Of a DNA stretch of 64,000 bases, positions 54,723 to 64,000 are shown in pieces. Each line of letters begins with the position of its first letter. The first letter of the stretch is position 1. The position numbers and the translations under genes are program-made. Source of the stretch: an uncultured Actinomycetes bacterium (lineage in GTDB: Bacteria; Actinomycetota; Thermoleophilia; RBG-16-64-13); the NCBI GenBank assembly GCA_937148845.1, contig CAKZRW010000025.1:2318-66317 (forward strand), given 5' to 3'. Below the pieces are notes generated by a model. The model searched no databases. It had not been told where the DNA came from and saw only the letters and a list, made by a program, of their open reading frames with translations.

Positions 54723-55811
54723 ATGGGCGACACGGGATCCAGCTATCTTGCCGTGATCAAGGTCGTAGGGGTGGGAGGCGGCGGCACGAACGCGGTCAAC
54801 CGCATGGTGGACGCTGGACTGAAAGGCGTCGAGTTCATCGCTATCAATACCGATGCGCAGGCCCTCCTTATGTGCGATGCCGATGTGAAGCTCCACATAG
54901 GGGGGAAGATCACGCGGGGACTTGGGGCAGGCGCCAACCCCGAGGTTGGACGGGCGGCCGCAGAGGAGAGCCGGGACGAGATACGTGAGGTCCTCAAAGG
55001 GGCCGACATGGTCTTCGTGACGGCGGGCAAAGGCGGAGGCACAGGGACTGGCGGGGCGCCGGTCATCGCTGAGATCGCGCGGGAACTGGGCGCCCTCACC
55101 GTAGGGGTGGTGACCAAGCCCTTTAGTTTCGAGGGTCGTAAGCGGGCGATGCAGGCGGAGGCGGGGATCGAGGCTCTCTCCAAGAAGGTCGACACCCTCA
55201 TCATCATCCCCAACGACCGTCTCCTCCAAGTGGTGGAGAAGCGCACCCCCCTGATCGAAGCGTTCAAAGTGGCGGACGATGTCCTGCGCCAGGGAGTACA
55301 GGGTATCACTGACCTTATCACAGTGCCCGGGCTCATCAACCTTGACTTCGCCGATGTCCGGACCATCATGCGCAACGCCGGCTCCGCTCTGATGGGCATC
55401 GGGGTGGCCAGCGGGGAGAACCGGGGCGTCGAGGCGGCGAAGATGGCAGTGTCCTCGCCGTTATTGGAATCTTCCATCGAGGGCGCCACCGGCATCCTGC
55501 TCAACATCAGCGGGGGGCCTGACATGGGCCTGTTCGAAGTCAACGAGGCAGCCGAGGTCATATCCAAGGCAGCCGACTCTGAGGCCAACGTGATCTTTGG
55601 GGCGGTCATCGACGAGTCGCTCCGCGATCAGATGCGAGTCACGGTGATTGCCACAGGTTTCGACCGCATGCGCAAGGCCGAGAGGGAGTCCGAGCGGTCT
55701 ATCGAGCGGCCGGTGCCGCCGGTGGCCGACATTTTGGGGAGCAAGGTCGAGGCCTTCGAAATGGATGAAGATGTCCTCGACATACCGCGTTTCCTCAGAG
55801 GCAAAGACTGA
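54723..55811 (+). CDS. ftsZ: cell division GTPase FtsZ
   Basis: 362 aa. Tubulin signature GGGTGTG, T7 loop NLDFADV. GGAGGA Shine-Dalgarno. Confidence 0.97.
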   Translation: MGDTGSSYLAVIKVVGVGGGGTNAVNRMVDAGLKGVEFIAINTDAQALLMCDADVKLHIGGKITRGLGAGANPEVGRAAAEESRDEIREVLKGADMVFVTAGKGGGTGTGGAPVIAEIARELGALTVGVVTKPFSFEGRKRAMQAEAGIEALSKKVDTLIIIPNDRLLQVVEKRTPLIEAFKVADDVLRQGVQGITDLITVPGLINLDFADVRTIMRNAGSALMGIGVASGENRGVEAAKMAVSSPLLESSIEGATGILLNISGGPDMGLFEVNEAAEVISKAADSEANVIFGAVIDESLRDQMRVTVIATGFDRMRKAERESERSIERPVPPVADILGSKVEAFEMDEDVLDIPRFLRGKD

Positions 55812-55905
55812 TAGCAGCTGCACGCATCCGGCGGGCGCCTGCGGGACGGCTTCGGTGATAGGGGGACGCTTGGCCCCCGAGGTCACCCCTTGGTTCGCGT
55901 TGGGC

Positions 55906-56661
55906 ATGCTCTCGGGTGTGCCGGTCATCGAGGCGAAGTTGCCGGCTCCCTTCAGGGCGGTATTCACCACTCGTCTCGGCGGTCAGAGCGAGGGCAAGTT
56001 CGCCGCTTTCAATCTGGACGAACGCAGCGGGTTGGATCCGGCAGCGAGTGCGAATCGGACCCACCTCAGTCAAGCTATCGGCCGGCGGCTGGTGAGTCCC
56101 ACCCAGGTCCACGGTCTGCGAGTGACAGGGACCGCTGAGTACGCGGCGGGTAGCCCTGAAGAACCATGCGACGGACTGACTCTGCACCCGCTCCTGGACC
56201 AGGGTCTGGCCCCCCTTCTGCTCTTTGCCGATTGCCTGCCCATCATCCTCTACGGAGAGGCTGACCTGGCTGTCGTCCATGGCGGGTGGCGCGGGCTCCT
56301 GGGAGGCATTGTACAGCGGGCGGCATCGGCCATGATGAGCGCACCCGGGGGGATGATAGTAGGACCGAGCATCGGTCCTTGCTGTTTCACGGTCGCTGAG
56401 ACGGTGGCCGAGACTTTTGCCGCCCGCTATGGCGAGGCTGTCGTCAGGTCAGCCGCGGAGGAAGTCCTTGGAGAGGTATATAGGGTGGACCTATGGGCGG
56501 CGGTCGACGCGGCGGCCGGGGAGATAGGCATCTCTTCCTCGCATGTGCGCAATCTTCGCCTTTGCACCGCCTGCAATCGAGACTTGTTCTACTCCTATCG
56601 GGCGGAGGGCCCGCTGACGGGGCGCCAGGGCTGTCTAGCCTGGGCAGGGGGGGAAGCATGA
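55906..56661 (+). CDS. pgeF: YfiH/PgeF (DUF152, laccase-domain) purine nucleoside phosphorylase / peptidoglycan editing factor
   Basis: Track ORF 55648 overlaps ftsZ. After the ftsZ stop the in-frame starts are GTG ~55855 or ATG 55906 (MLSGVPVIEAK...). Conserved His/Cys/His triad region HGGWRG...GPSIGPCCF. Follows ftsZ as in Gram-positive dcw clusters. Confidence 0.8.
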   Translation: MLSGVPVIEAKLPAPFRAVFTTRLGGQSEGKFAAFNLDERSGLDPAASANRTHLSQAIGRRLVSPTQVHGLRVTGTAEYAAGSPEEPCDGLTLHPLLDQGLAPLLLFADCLPIILYGEADLAVVHGGWRGLLGGIVQRAASAMMSAPGGMIVGPSIGPCCFTVAETVAETFAARYGEAVVRSAAEEVLGEVYRVDLWAAVDAAAGEIGISSSHVRNLRLCTACNRDLFYSYRAEGPLTGRQGCLAWAGGEA

Positions 56662-57347
56662 CGGATCCCCTGACCGAAAGAGTGCGGGCCAACCTGGCTC
56701 GAGTCCAGGACAGGGTGGCTGACGCCTGTGCTCGGGCTGGGCGGGCTGACTCGCCTCGGTTGCTGGTGGCCTCGAAGTACTGGGATGTCGAGGGCATGGC
56801 TTCGCTTGCAGAAGCAGGAATCTGGCTCGTGGGGGAGAACAGGGCAGAAGAATTGGTAGAGAAGTGGGCTCGCTGGCATGATGTCTTCGAGTTTCATTTC
56901 ATCGGACACCTCCAGAGTCGGAAAGCCCGCAAGGTTCTCCCTTGCGTGAGCTTGATCCACTCGGTGGAGTCCGTCTCACTGGTTGAGGAACTGAACAAGC
57001 GGGCATCCGGAGAGGTGAGGGTGCTGCTAGAGGTCAACGTGAGCGGAGAGGAAAGCAAGTATGGTATTCTCCCTGCGGCCGCTGAGGCTTTCTTGGAGCG
57101 TGCGGCGGCCTTCGAGCGAGTGCGGTTCGTCGGTCTTATGACCATGGCCCCTCTCGTGACCGATCCCGAGTCGGTGCGGCCGCTCTTCCGAGAACTCCGG
57201 AAGCTCCGCGACAGGCTGGCTGAGGTCTTCAGCGGCCGTTACGAGCTCTCCGAACTGTCGATGGGGATGAGCAACGACTATGAAGTGGCCGTAGAGGAAG
57301 GCGCGACTATCATCAGGTTGGGGAGCGCTCTCCTCTCTGGGACTTAA
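56658..57347 (+). CDS. YggS/YlmE family pyridoxal-phosphate homeostasis protein (PLPBP)
   Basis: ATG at 56658 (ATGA overlap with pgeF) gives MTDPLTERVRANLARVQDRV... The N-terminal Lys is in LLVASKYWD. Alanine-racemase N-terminal TIM barrel, 229 aa. Confidence 0.9.
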   Translation: MTDPLTERVRANLARVQDRVADACARAGRADSPRLLVASKYWDVEGMASLAEAGIWLVGENRAEELVEKWARWHDVFEFHFIGHLQSRKARKVLPCVSLIHSVESVSLVEELNKRASGEVRVLLEVNVSGEESKYGILPAAAEAFLERAAAFERVRFVGLMTMAPLVTDPESVRPLFRELRKLRDRLAEVFSGRYELSELSMGMSNDYEVAVEEGATIIRLGSALLSGT

Positions 57348-57357
57348 GGAGGAAGGG

Positions 57358-57915
57358 ATGGCCGGTGGTTTGTGGCATAAGACCCTCGTGTACTTCGGAC
57401 TGGCGGACGAGGAAGATGAATACCTCGACGAGGAAGAGGAGCTCCCCGTCGGACCGCGGTCAGACTACGCACCGCGGCCCGCAGTCCGTAAGATAGAACC
57501 CAGGCGGCGCCGGTCGCGGTCCGACGATTTCGATGACATCTTTCCCGATGACGACCGGGGCTACGGCATACGGGGCAGTTCTGCGTCTGGGCGAACGCCG
57601 ACGATCCGACCTGTCCCCGACGTACCCGAGCAGCAACCCGTCCGGGTCCATCTAGTGGTGCCCAAGAACTTCAACGACGCCCAGATCGTGGCTGACAAGT
57701 TCAAGGGTGACATCCCGGTGATCCTCAACCTGCAGACTTGCGAGACCGAGCTTGCCAAGCGCCTGATAGACTTTGCCAGCGGGCTCACCTACGCCTTGGA
57801 TGGAGGCATGCAGAGAGTAGCTGACAAGGTGTTCTTGCTCACGCCTAAGAACGTCGAGGTCTCGGCCGAGGAACGGCAGCGGTTGATGGAAAAGGGTTTC
57901 TTCAATCAGTTCTAA
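57358..57915 (+). CDS. sepF: cell division protein SepF
   Basis: 185 aa. Acidic/basic disordered linker then conserved SepF core (VRVHLVVPKNFNDAQIVADKFKGDIPVILNL...VFLLTPKNV). Confidence 0.9.
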   Translation: MAGGLWHKTLVYFGLADEEDEYLDEEEELPVGPRSDYAPRPAVRKIEPRRRRSRSDDFDDIFPDDDRGYGIRGSSASGRTPTIRPVPDVPEQQPVRVHLVVPKNFNDAQIVADKFKGDIPVILNLQTCETELAKRLIDFASGLTYALDGGMQRVADKVFLLTPKNVEVSAEERQRLMEKGFFNQF

Positions 57916-57968
57916 CTCCGCTGGTGGTCTGAAAGCCGCCGAGGGGAGCTTCCCAGGATGGGAGTCAG

Positions 57969-58409
57969 GTGGCGAGTGAACCCCAAACAAGGCGCGCCGG
58001 TCTGATGGAGAGCCTGCGCTCAGAGCTAGTGGATTGGCTGGAAGAGGGGGAGGCGCTGCCAGAGGGGTCGGTTTCCCGGGCGGAAGCGGTGGCGGCGATC
58101 GGCCCGGGTCTCTTGGGCCTCGCTCTGCGGGGCATGGAAGCAGGCGCAGTGGCAGGAGGCCTTTCTCCTGAGGTAGTCCGGCCCCTGGTCAGACAGACTC
58201 TGCTGGGTACCTCCCTGCTGCTCGAAGACGAGGCAGGGTCGCCTGCCGAGCTCAAGGATCGAGTGGCTTCTCCCGCGGGCGTGACGATAGCCGGCCTGGC
58301 GGTACTGGAGGAGAGGGCCGTTCGGGGAGGCTACCTGCGGGCCATGGAGGAGGTCTGCCGTGTCTGGAAGCTCCGACCCAGACCGGGACTTGACAAGGGT
58401 TTGGCGTAG
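57969..58409 (+). CDS. standalone pyrroline-5-carboxylate reductase C-terminal dimerisation-domain protein (N-terminally truncated proC-like; possible gene remnant)
   Basis: 146 aa. IGPGLLGLALRGMEAGAVAGGLSPEVVRPLVRQTLLGTSLLLEDEAGSPAELKDRVASPAGVTIAGLAVLEERAVRGGYLRAM aligns with ProC SGSGPAYVFLFIEALADAGV...[36 protein letters not shown]. No Rossmann NADP-binding domain. Only 53 nt separate it from the sepF stop. Confidence 0.6.
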   Translation: MASEPQTRRAGLMESLRSELVDWLEEGEALPEGSVSRAEAVAAIGPGLLGLALRGMEAGAVAGGLSPEVVRPLVRQTLLGTSLLLEDEAGSPAELKDRVASPAGVTIAGLAVLEERAVRGGYLRAMEEVCRVWKLRPRPGLDKGLA

Positions 58410-58424
58410 CGAAGGGAGTCACAG

Positions 58425-59270
58425 GTGAAGGTCACGCCTCTCGACATCCGGCGAAAAGAATTCAAGCGGTCCATGAGGGGCTACTCGGACGAGGAAGTGG
58501 ATCTCTTCCTTGACGAAGTGGCCGATGAGTTCGAGCGCCTGTTCCAGGAGAACATCGAGCTGCAGGAGCGAGTGCAGCGGCTCGAAGAACAGATGGCCGC
58601 CCATGCCCAGCTGCGGGAGGCTTTGGAGAAGACGCTCATAACGGCGCAGATCCAGGCCGATGAGATCCGCGCGAACGCCAGGAAAGAGAGTGAGCTCATC
58701 CTGCGCGACGCCGAGCTCAAGGCGCGCGACATCATCGGGGAGTCCTATAAGGAGACCCAGCGCGTGCAGCAGACCTTGATCCAGCTCAAACGTCTCGAAG
58801 AGGACTTCCGTTTCAAATTCCGGTCCCTCCTGGAGGGACACCTGAAGCTTTTGGACGAGGCCCCGATCGGGGTACCGAGTCGGGAAGGGGTAGGGAGAGT
58901 CACCGTGACTCCCCCGGGGGCTGCGTCGACCCAGGTAGAAGAGGCAATCCCCGCGCAGACCGAGGCGGCCACGTCGGCTGGCGCCGCCCGGGAGCAGGAG
59001 GCTGTGGCGACCACCTCTCGACCCGAGGAGCCGCCCTCAGATGAGCCTGCAGCCTGGCGGCGGTCGGCGGACCGGCAGGAGTCCCCCGGGGACGAGGTGG
59101 GGAGCGAGGAGACTACGGTGGAAGAGGTTCCGGTCACCGGGGAGCAGCCTCAAACAGAGGGGGCTCGAGAGGAGTCCGGGGTGATGTTCGGTCGCGGGCT
59201 GAGCGACCTTGAGGTCGGCTTCTTTGCTCCCCAGACGACGCGAGACAAGGACCGGGACTTCGAATGGTGA
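58425..59270 (+). CDS. divIVA: DivIVA-domain cell division/polar growth protein with long acidic low-complexity C-terminal tail
   Basis: 281 aa. N-terminal LDIRRKEFKRSMRGYSDEEVDLFLDEV (DivIVA lipid-binding/crossed-loop motif), coiled coil, then E/P/T/A-rich tail. GAAGGGAG Shine-Dalgarno before the GTG. Confidence 0.9.
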   Translation: MKVTPLDIRRKEFKRSMRGYSDEEVDLFLDEVADEFERLFQENIELQERVQRLEEQMAAHAQLREALEKTLITAQIQADEIRANARKESELILRDAELKARDIIGESYKETQRVQQTLIQLKRLEEDFRFKFRSLLEGHLKLLDEAPIGVPSREGVGRVTVTPPGAASTQVEEAIPAQTEAATSAGAAREQEAVATTSRPEEPPSDEPAAWRRSADRQESPGDEVGSEETTVEEVPVTGEQPQTEGAREESGVMFGRGLSDLEVGFFAPQTTRDKDRDFEW

Positions 59271-59292
59271 GGACAGGGCCTTGGTAAGCCAG

Positions 59293-59643
59293 GTGATCCA
59301 CAACCCAGGACCCCTCGCAGCACTGGAGGTGCGAGAAAGCGGGGGAAAGTTGCTCCTGGGGGTCCGGGTCATACCGGGCGCCCGGGCGGCTAGGCTGCTA
59401 GGGGTCTATGGCAACCGGCTGAAAGTGGCGGTGACTGCTGCGCCCGAGGACGGCAAGGCCAACGAACAGTTGCTGGTCATACTGAGCGAGCGGCTTCGAC
59501 TGTCTGTCAAGGGGCTTCGTATCCAGTACGGCCACAGAAGCAGGGACAAAGTGGTAGCCTTTGCTGGTCTTGCTGAGGCTGATTTGCGTAGGAAGCTGAT
59601 CGAGACCCTGGCTGAAGCCGGGCTGGAGGAAGAAGGCGCATAG
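59293..59643 (+). CDS. YggU/DUF167 family protein
   Basis: Track ORF 59209 overlaps divIVA. GTG ~59293 (or TTG 59281) gives VIHNPGPLAALEVRESGGKLLLGVRVIPGARAARLLGVYGNRLKVAVTAAPEDGKANEQL..., matching E. coli YggU ([38 protein letters not shown]). Confidence 0.75.
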   Translation: MIHNPGPLAALEVRESGGKLLLGVRVIPGARAARLLGVYGNRLKVAVTAAPEDGKANEQLLVILSERLRLSVKGLRIQYGHRSRDKVVAFAGLAEADLRRKLIETLAEAGLEEEGA

Positions 59644-59644
59644 C

Positions 59645-60004
59645 GTGGACCTGGAAGCGTTGAAGGCACAATTACTTGCCGAGCGCGATCGCTTGAGCCG
59701 AGCGGTGGCGGAGCTTGGTGCCGGTCTTTCGCACTCTCTGGAGGATTCTTCGGAGGAGAGTCCTTATGACCAGCATCTGGCCGAGACGGCAGCAGTGACC
59801 CTGGACCGGGAGATCGACCTTACGCTCGAAGAGAATGCTAGGGCTGTCCTTGCTCAGATCGAGCGAGCGCTGGAACGGCTGGACGCGGGCACTTATGGGA
59901 CCTGTGAGAAGTGTGGGGCGCCCATCGGTGAGGAGAGATTGCGCGTAGCCCCGTTTGCGACCCTCTGTGTGGAGTGCAAGCGTCGAGAGGAGCGAAGCCT
60001 GTGA
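59645..60004 (+). CDS. TraR/DksA-family C4-type zinc-finger protein
   Basis: 119 aa. Coiled-coil N-terminal part, then CEKCGAPIGEERLRVAPFATLCVEC (CxxC-N17-CxxC). GGAGGAAGAAGG Shine-Dalgarno before the GTG. Confidence 0.8.
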   Translation: MDLEALKAQLLAERDRLSRAVAELGAGLSHSLEDSSEESPYDQHLAETAAVTLDREIDLTLEENARAVLAQIERALERLDAGTYGTCEKCGAPIGEERLRVAPFATLCVECKRREERSL

Positions 60005-60513
60005 AGCCACAGACCTCCGGCCGTCGGACAGTGTACAAGTGGGGATTGCTGATCGTGGTGGCAGCGATTGCTGCGGCGCTCGACCTGTGGACCAAGGCTC
60101 TGGCTGAGGAGCGTCTGGCTTTGGGCGAGGTCGTAGAGGTCCTCCCCTTCTTCTCCTGGCAGCGCACCTCCAATAGCGGGGTAGCCTTCGGTCTGCTCTC
60201 CGACCAGGGCTGGCTGATCCTGGTAGCCAATGGTGTGGCTATCTTGGTTGTGCTTATCTACGTGTTCATGGACCGTCGCTGGCTGCTTCCTGCCTGGGGT
60301 GGGGGTCTCATAATCGGGGGCAGCGCCGGAAATGTGTTCCAGCGGCTTACCGGTGACGGTCATGTTACGGACTTCATGAGATTCCCAGCTTGGCCGAATT
60401 TCAACCTGGCTGACGTGTTCATTGTCCTCGGAATAGTCATCGTCTTTCTAGGGCTTCTGGTTGAGGCCGTGCGGGCCTACCGTGGTGGGCAGAAGAAGCC
60501 GGCTGCAGGCTAG
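60001..60513 (+). CDS. lspA: lipoprotein signal peptidase II
   Basis: GTG at 60001 (GTGA overlap). Four TM helices. NSGVAFG and FNLAD motifs (catalytic Asp residues). ~170 aa. Confidence 0.9.
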   Translation: MKPQTSGRRTVYKWGLLIVVAAIAAALDLWTKALAEERLALGEVVEVLPFFSWQRTSNSGVAFGLLSDQGWLILVANGVAILVVLIYVFMDRRWLLPAWGGGLIIGGSAGNVFQRLTGDGHVTDFMRFPAWPNFNLADVFIVLGIVIVFLGLLVEAVRAYRGGQKKPAAG

Positions 60514-61466
60514 TGAGTAGGTTGCCGGCCGGCGATTCTGCAGCTTCCCTTTGTTTCTCAGTGGTCCCCGAGGAGGCTGGGCAGCGACTGGATGTGTTCC
60601 TCGGAGCTCGCCCTGAGATCGGCAGTAGGTCCCGAGCGGCAGCACTCATAGAAGCCGGTCTAGTGGAAGTCAACGGTGCCAAGGCTGCGAAGAGTCGCTT
60701 GCTCTCGCCGGGTGACCAGGTCGGGGTGCGCCTACCTGTAAGCAAGCCCATGCCTCCCTCGACCGTGACCGCGGTGACGGTGGTCTACGAGGATGAATGG
60801 CTGCTGGTCGTGGATAAGCCGGCGGGCATGCCTGTGCACCCGGCGCCTGGGCACGCCGCAGGCACGTTGGTGCAGGTGTTGGCAGGACACGGCCTGGCCG
60901 GTGGTGAAGAGCATCGTCCTGGTGTGGTGCACCGCTTGGACAAGGACACCAGCGGACTGCTTGTGCTGGCCAAGGACCCGGCGACCCATCGCGCGCTGGT
61001 CGACTTGATAGGTCAACGTCGGGTGGAGCGCCACTACCTTGCTTTGGTCCACGGTGGCTTCAAGGCTTTGCGCGGTACCATCGACGCTCCTGTGGGCCGT
61101 GACCCTGTTCAGCGCAGATCCATGGCCATAGGAGGGGTGGCTGCCCGCTCGGCCAGGACCCACTTCACGGTAGTCGAGCGCTTGGGTGACTATACCCTGG
61201 TCGATGTCCGTCTCGAGACGGGTCGCACTCATCAAGTCCGCGTGCACTTTCTAGCTATCGGCCATCCCGTGGCGGGCGATCCCCTATACAGCCGACGCGA
61301 CCCCCTGGGCCTGGGTAGGCAGTTCCTGCACAGTCACCGCCTGTCTTTCCTCCATCCTGTGACGAAAGAGCAGCTCACCTTCGCATGTTCTCTGCCTCCC
61401 GATCTGGCTACGGTGCTGGACCGGCTCCGGGAGGAACACAGAAGCAGACTGGCGGACGCTAAGTGA
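60513..61466 (+). CDS. rluD: 23S rRNA pseudouridine synthase, RluA/RluD family (S4 domain + catalytic domain)
   Basis: 317 aa. HRLDKDTSGLLVLAK catalytic-Asp motif. lspA-rluD adjacency is conserved in Gram-positives. Confidence 0.9.
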   Translation: MSRLPAGDSAASLCFSVVPEEAGQRLDVFLGARPEIGSRSRAAALIEAGLVEVNGAKAAKSRLLSPGDQVGVRLPVSKPMPPSTVTAVTVVYEDEWLLVVDKPAGMPVHPAPGHAAGTLVQVLAGHGLAGGEEHRPGVVHRLDKDTSGLLVLAKDPATHRALVDLIGQRRVERHYLALVHGGFKALRGTIDAPVGRDPVQRRSMAIGGVAARSARTHFTVVERLGDYTLVDVRLETGRTHQVRVHFLAIGHPVAGDPLYSRRDPLGLGRQFLHSHRLSFLHPVTKEQLTFACSLPPDLATVLDRLREEHRSRLADAK

Positions 61467-62215
61467 TAGACTCGCCCTCAATGGGTGATTCCGAGTACAT
61501 GGTCACAGCTGGGCCTGGCCCGACAGAGTCGCAGAAGCCGGAACGCAGCTTCCGAGCCGCTGGGCGATCCTCGCTCGTGTTCTTCGACCTGGACGGGACG
61601 TTGGTGGTCGGGCAGACCCAGCTGCTCTTAGTAAAGTTCTTGGCCCGCGCCGGAGTGGTGGGTCGGGGGTTCCTGGTGGGCAGCATCGGCTGGTTTCTCG
61701 GTTACAAACTCGGTCTTTTCAAAGCTACCGAGGCCTCTCGTCGCCGGGGGGCTCTGGTGCTGAAGGGCCTGGAAACGGGCGAGGTAGACAGGCTCATGGC
61801 GCGATTCGTGGAAGAGGAACTAGGGCCGAGAATGTTCCCGCCCGCGATAGCGGCCCTCCAGGAACACCAGAATGAAGGCGACGAGGTCATCGTCTTGTCG
61901 GCCGCCCTCGAACCGCTGGTCCGGGCCTTGTGCAGCCGAATGGCGGTGGGAAGTTGGCTGGGGGCTTCATGTGAGACCCGTGACGGCCGTTACACGGGAC
62001 AGATGCTCGGCCCCATTCCTTATGGGAAGGAGAAGGCCCGCCTCGCCGTCCAGCTTATGGCTGAGCGAGAAGCTGATCCTGCAGACTGCTGGGCCTATGC
62101 CGATCATGACACCGACGTTCCGCTTCTCGAGACCGTGGGTCATCCGGTGGCGGTGAGGCCTCGCTCCGGCCTGCGGGCTGTAGCTGAGCGGGAAGGCTGG
62201 CCGATCCTGGGGTGA
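61463..62215 (+). CDS. HAD-IB family hydrolase (phosphoserine-phosphatase-like)
   Basis: 250 aa. Motif I FFDLDGTL and motif IV AYADHDTDVPLL. Alpha-helical cap inserted as in the HAD-IB subfamily. Confidence 0.75.
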   Translation: MIDSPSMGDSEYMVTAGPGPTESQKPERSFRAAGRSSLVFFDLDGTLVVGQTQLLLVKFLARAGVVGRGFLVGSIGWFLGYKLGLFKATEASRRRGALVLKGLETGEVDRLMARFVEEELGPRMFPPAIAALQEHQNEGDEVIVLSAALEPLVRALCSRMAVGSWLGASCETRDGRYTGQMLGPIPYGKEKARLAVQLMAEREADPADCWAYADHDTDVPLLETVGHPVAVRPRSGLRAVAEREGWPILG

Positions 62216-62293
62216 CGGGGGTAAAGCTGGACAAGGGTGAGGCCTGAGGTGGGGCAAAGCCGCGACATACTGTAGGCACTGGGAGGTTTAGAC

Positions 62294-64000
62294 ATGGCCG
62301 ATGCGTTTCCAGAGACTTTGGCGGCAGAGTGGGACCTTGACGAACTGGCAGTGGCCACCTTGCGGACTCTTGCCATCGACGCTGTGCAGAAGGCCAATTC
62401 CGGCCATCCAGGGATGCCGCTGGGCGCTGCTCCCATGGCGCACGTACTCTGGACACGTCATCTGAAGTTCGACCCTTCGGCGCCTGCTTGGCCCGATCGC
62501 GATCGTTTTGTACTCAGCGCCGGTCATGGGTCCATGCTTCTCTACGCGTTACTTCACCTCTCCGGGTACGGGCTCCGGATCGAGGAGATCGAGGCGTTCC
62601 GACAATGGGGAAGCCGCACCCCGGGCCACCCGGAATACGGTCTTACTCCCGGTGTGGAGACGACCACGGGTCCCTTGGGGGCTGGCCTCTCCAACAGCGT
62701 AGGTATGGCGATCGCTGAGGCATTCTTGGCGGCTACTTTCAACCAGCCCGGGTTCCCGCTCTTCGATCACTTCACCTACGGGATTGCCAGCGATGGCGAC
62801 CTAATGGAAGGGGTAGCAGCAGAGGCCGCCTCACTGGCCGGACATCTTCGCCTGGGCAAGCTCATCTACCTCTATGACGACAATGGCATTTCGATCGAGG
62901 GCTCTACCTGCCTGACCTTCACCGAAGACGTCGGCCGCCGTTTTGAGGCTTACGGTTGGCAAGTGCTGACCGTTGAAGATGGGAACGACTTAGAGGCCAT
63001 CGATGCCGCCTTGGTAAGCGCGCGTGCGGAGACCGATAGGCCTTCTCTCATCAAGGTGCGCACTTTAATCGGCTTTGGGAGCCCGCACAAGGCAGGGACG
63101 GCCGAATGCCATGGGGCGCCTCTGGGGGCGGAAGAGTCGCGCCTTACTAAAGAAGCCCTGGGGTGGCCGGCTGACCTGAGTTTCGCCGTGCCCGCGCGGG
63201 TGCGCGAGCTATACGCGGCCGCCGCCGCCAAGGGGAAGGCTGCGCACGACGAGTGGCGTGCTCGCCTACAGCGGTACTCCCAGGAGTTTCCCGAGGCGGC
63301 GGCTCAGTTGGAAGCGGCTCTGCGCGGAGAGCTGCCCGTGGGCTGGCGAGAGGGCCTGCCTAGGTTCGAGCCAGGGGAACGATTAGCCACGCGGGTGGCT
63401 TCAGGAAAGACCTTACGGGTGTTGGCTTCGCGGATCCCCACTCTGATTGGAGGGTCGGCCGATCTTGCTCCCTCGAACAACACGTACTTGGACGGGTTGG
63501 GCGATTTCCAACCCGAACGTAGGAACGGGCGGAATCTCCGCTTCGGTGTGCGTGAGCATGCCATGGGGGGCATCCTCAACGGACTGGCCTCACACGGCGG
63601 AGTCTTTCCGTTCGGGGGCACCTTCTTCGTGTTCTCCGACTACATGCGTCCGGCCATCCGGCTGGCCGCTCTCTCGGGCTTCCCCGTCGTCTACGTGTTC
63701 ACCCACGACAGTATCGGTCTGGGGGAGGACGGGCCCACGCATCAACCTATCGAGCATTTGGCGTCTCTTAGAGCTATGCCCGGACTCGTTGTCATACGTC
63801 CCTCTGATGCCAATGAGACGGTCGTGGCCTGGGAGGTGGCCTTAGAACGGCGATCGGGGCCCACAGCCCTGGTGTTGAGCAGGCAGAATCTGCCGGTACT
63901 GGACCGCGCTTCTCTGGGTTCTGCCGAAGGTCTGCGCAAAGGGGGCTACATTCTCAAAGAGTGGGGGGCGGGCAGTCCGCAGGTACTGCTCATCGGCACC
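62294..64000 (+). CDS. tkt: transketolase (N-terminal ~570 aa; continues beyond window)
   Basis: GGGAGG Shine-Dalgarno then ATG 62294 gives [47 protein letters not shown]... ThDP motif GDGDLMEGV and HGAPLG loop. No stop before the window end, so it is absent from the ORF track. Confidence 0.9.
   Translation, partial: MADAFPETLAAEWDLDELAVATLRTLAIDAVQKANSGHPGMPLGAAPMAHVLWTRHLKFDPSAPAWPDRDRFVLSAGHGSMLLYALLHLSGYGLRIEEIEAFRQWGSRTPGHPEYGLTPGVETTTGPLGAGLSNSVGMAIAEAFLAATFNQPGFPLFDHFTYGIASDGDLMEGVAAEAASLAGHLRLGKLIYLYDDNGISIEGSTCLTFTEDVGRRFEAYGWQVLTVEDGNDLEAIDAALVSARAETDRPSLIKVRTLIGFGSPHKAGTAECHGAPLGAEESRLTKEALGWPADLSFAVPARVRELYAAAAAKGKAAHDEWRARLQRYSQEFPEAAAQLEAALRGELPVGWREGLPRFEPGERLATRVASGKTLRVLASRIPTLIGGSADLAPSNNTYLDGLGDFQPERRNGRNLRFGVREHAMGGILNGLASHGGVFPFGGTFFVFSDYMRPAIRLAALSGFPVVYVFTHDSIGLGEDGPTHQPIEHLASLRAMPGLVVIRPSDANETVVAWEVALERRSGPTALVLSRQNLPVLDRASLGSAEGLRKGGYILKEWGAGSPQVLLIGT

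Noticed and set aside
1-64000. Mobile elements, CRISPR arrays, toxin-antitoxin or defence islands
   Set aside because: None found. No transposase or integrase-like frames, no regularly spaced repeat-spacer arrays, and no GC-content islands apart from small AT-rich promoter patches.

Overview
High-GC (~65%) bacterial chromosomal window made up almost entirely of syntenic housekeeping genes. The order is actinobacterial / high-GC Gram-positive in style and runs as follows. (1) A divergent ECF sigma factor, then DUF1844-mtnP-pfkB, then a convergent GalE-like epimerase operon. (2) Five tRNAs (Pro-UGG, Gly-UCC, Arg-UCU, His-GUG, Leu-UAG) followed by tig-clpP-clpX-lon-valS-folC. (3) A membrane PLDc_N/zinc-ribbon protein, ndk, maf and the rod-shape module mreB-mreC-mreD-mrdA(PBP2)-rodA. 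(4) A fused radical-SAM(TIGR03960)/DUF2344 gene coupled to a short RNase E/G, then rplU-rpmA-obg-proB-proA-nadD and a LytR_C protein. (5) A sulfur-related trio: ThiF/MoeB-like E1, a 3-Cys LarE-like PP-loop ATPase and cysE, followed by pcrA/uvrD. (6) A complete dcw cluster: mraZ-rsmH-ftsL-ftsI-murE-murF-mraY-murD-ftsW-murG-murC-murB-ftsQ-ftsZ (no ftsA), then pgeF-yggS-sepF, an orphan ProC C-terminal domain, divIVA, yggU, a DksA/TraR zinc-finger protein, lspA, rluD, a HAD-IB hydrolase and the 5' part of tkt. No mobile elements, CRISPR arrays or obvious defence islands were found. The most notable non-genic signals are a six-unit, exactly 10-bp-phased GTG(G/T) repeat array (MraZ boxes) abutting the mraZ start, and an ECF-sigma-type GGAAC-N16-CGTT element / 7-bp inverted repeat in front of the thiF-like operon. 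Other points of interest: the ProC dimerisation-domain-only ORF sitting where yggT is expected, a probable non-AUG (AUA) start for mreB, and low-complexity insertions or tails in several core proteins (Lon, Maf, Tig, DivIVA, MurE/F). Most genes are translationally coupled (ATGA/GTGA overlaps), so start codons were re-picked where the track ORF over-extended. Coordinates I derived by hand from the printed sequence (tRNAs, small ORF, motifs, adjusted starts) may be off by 1-2 nt.
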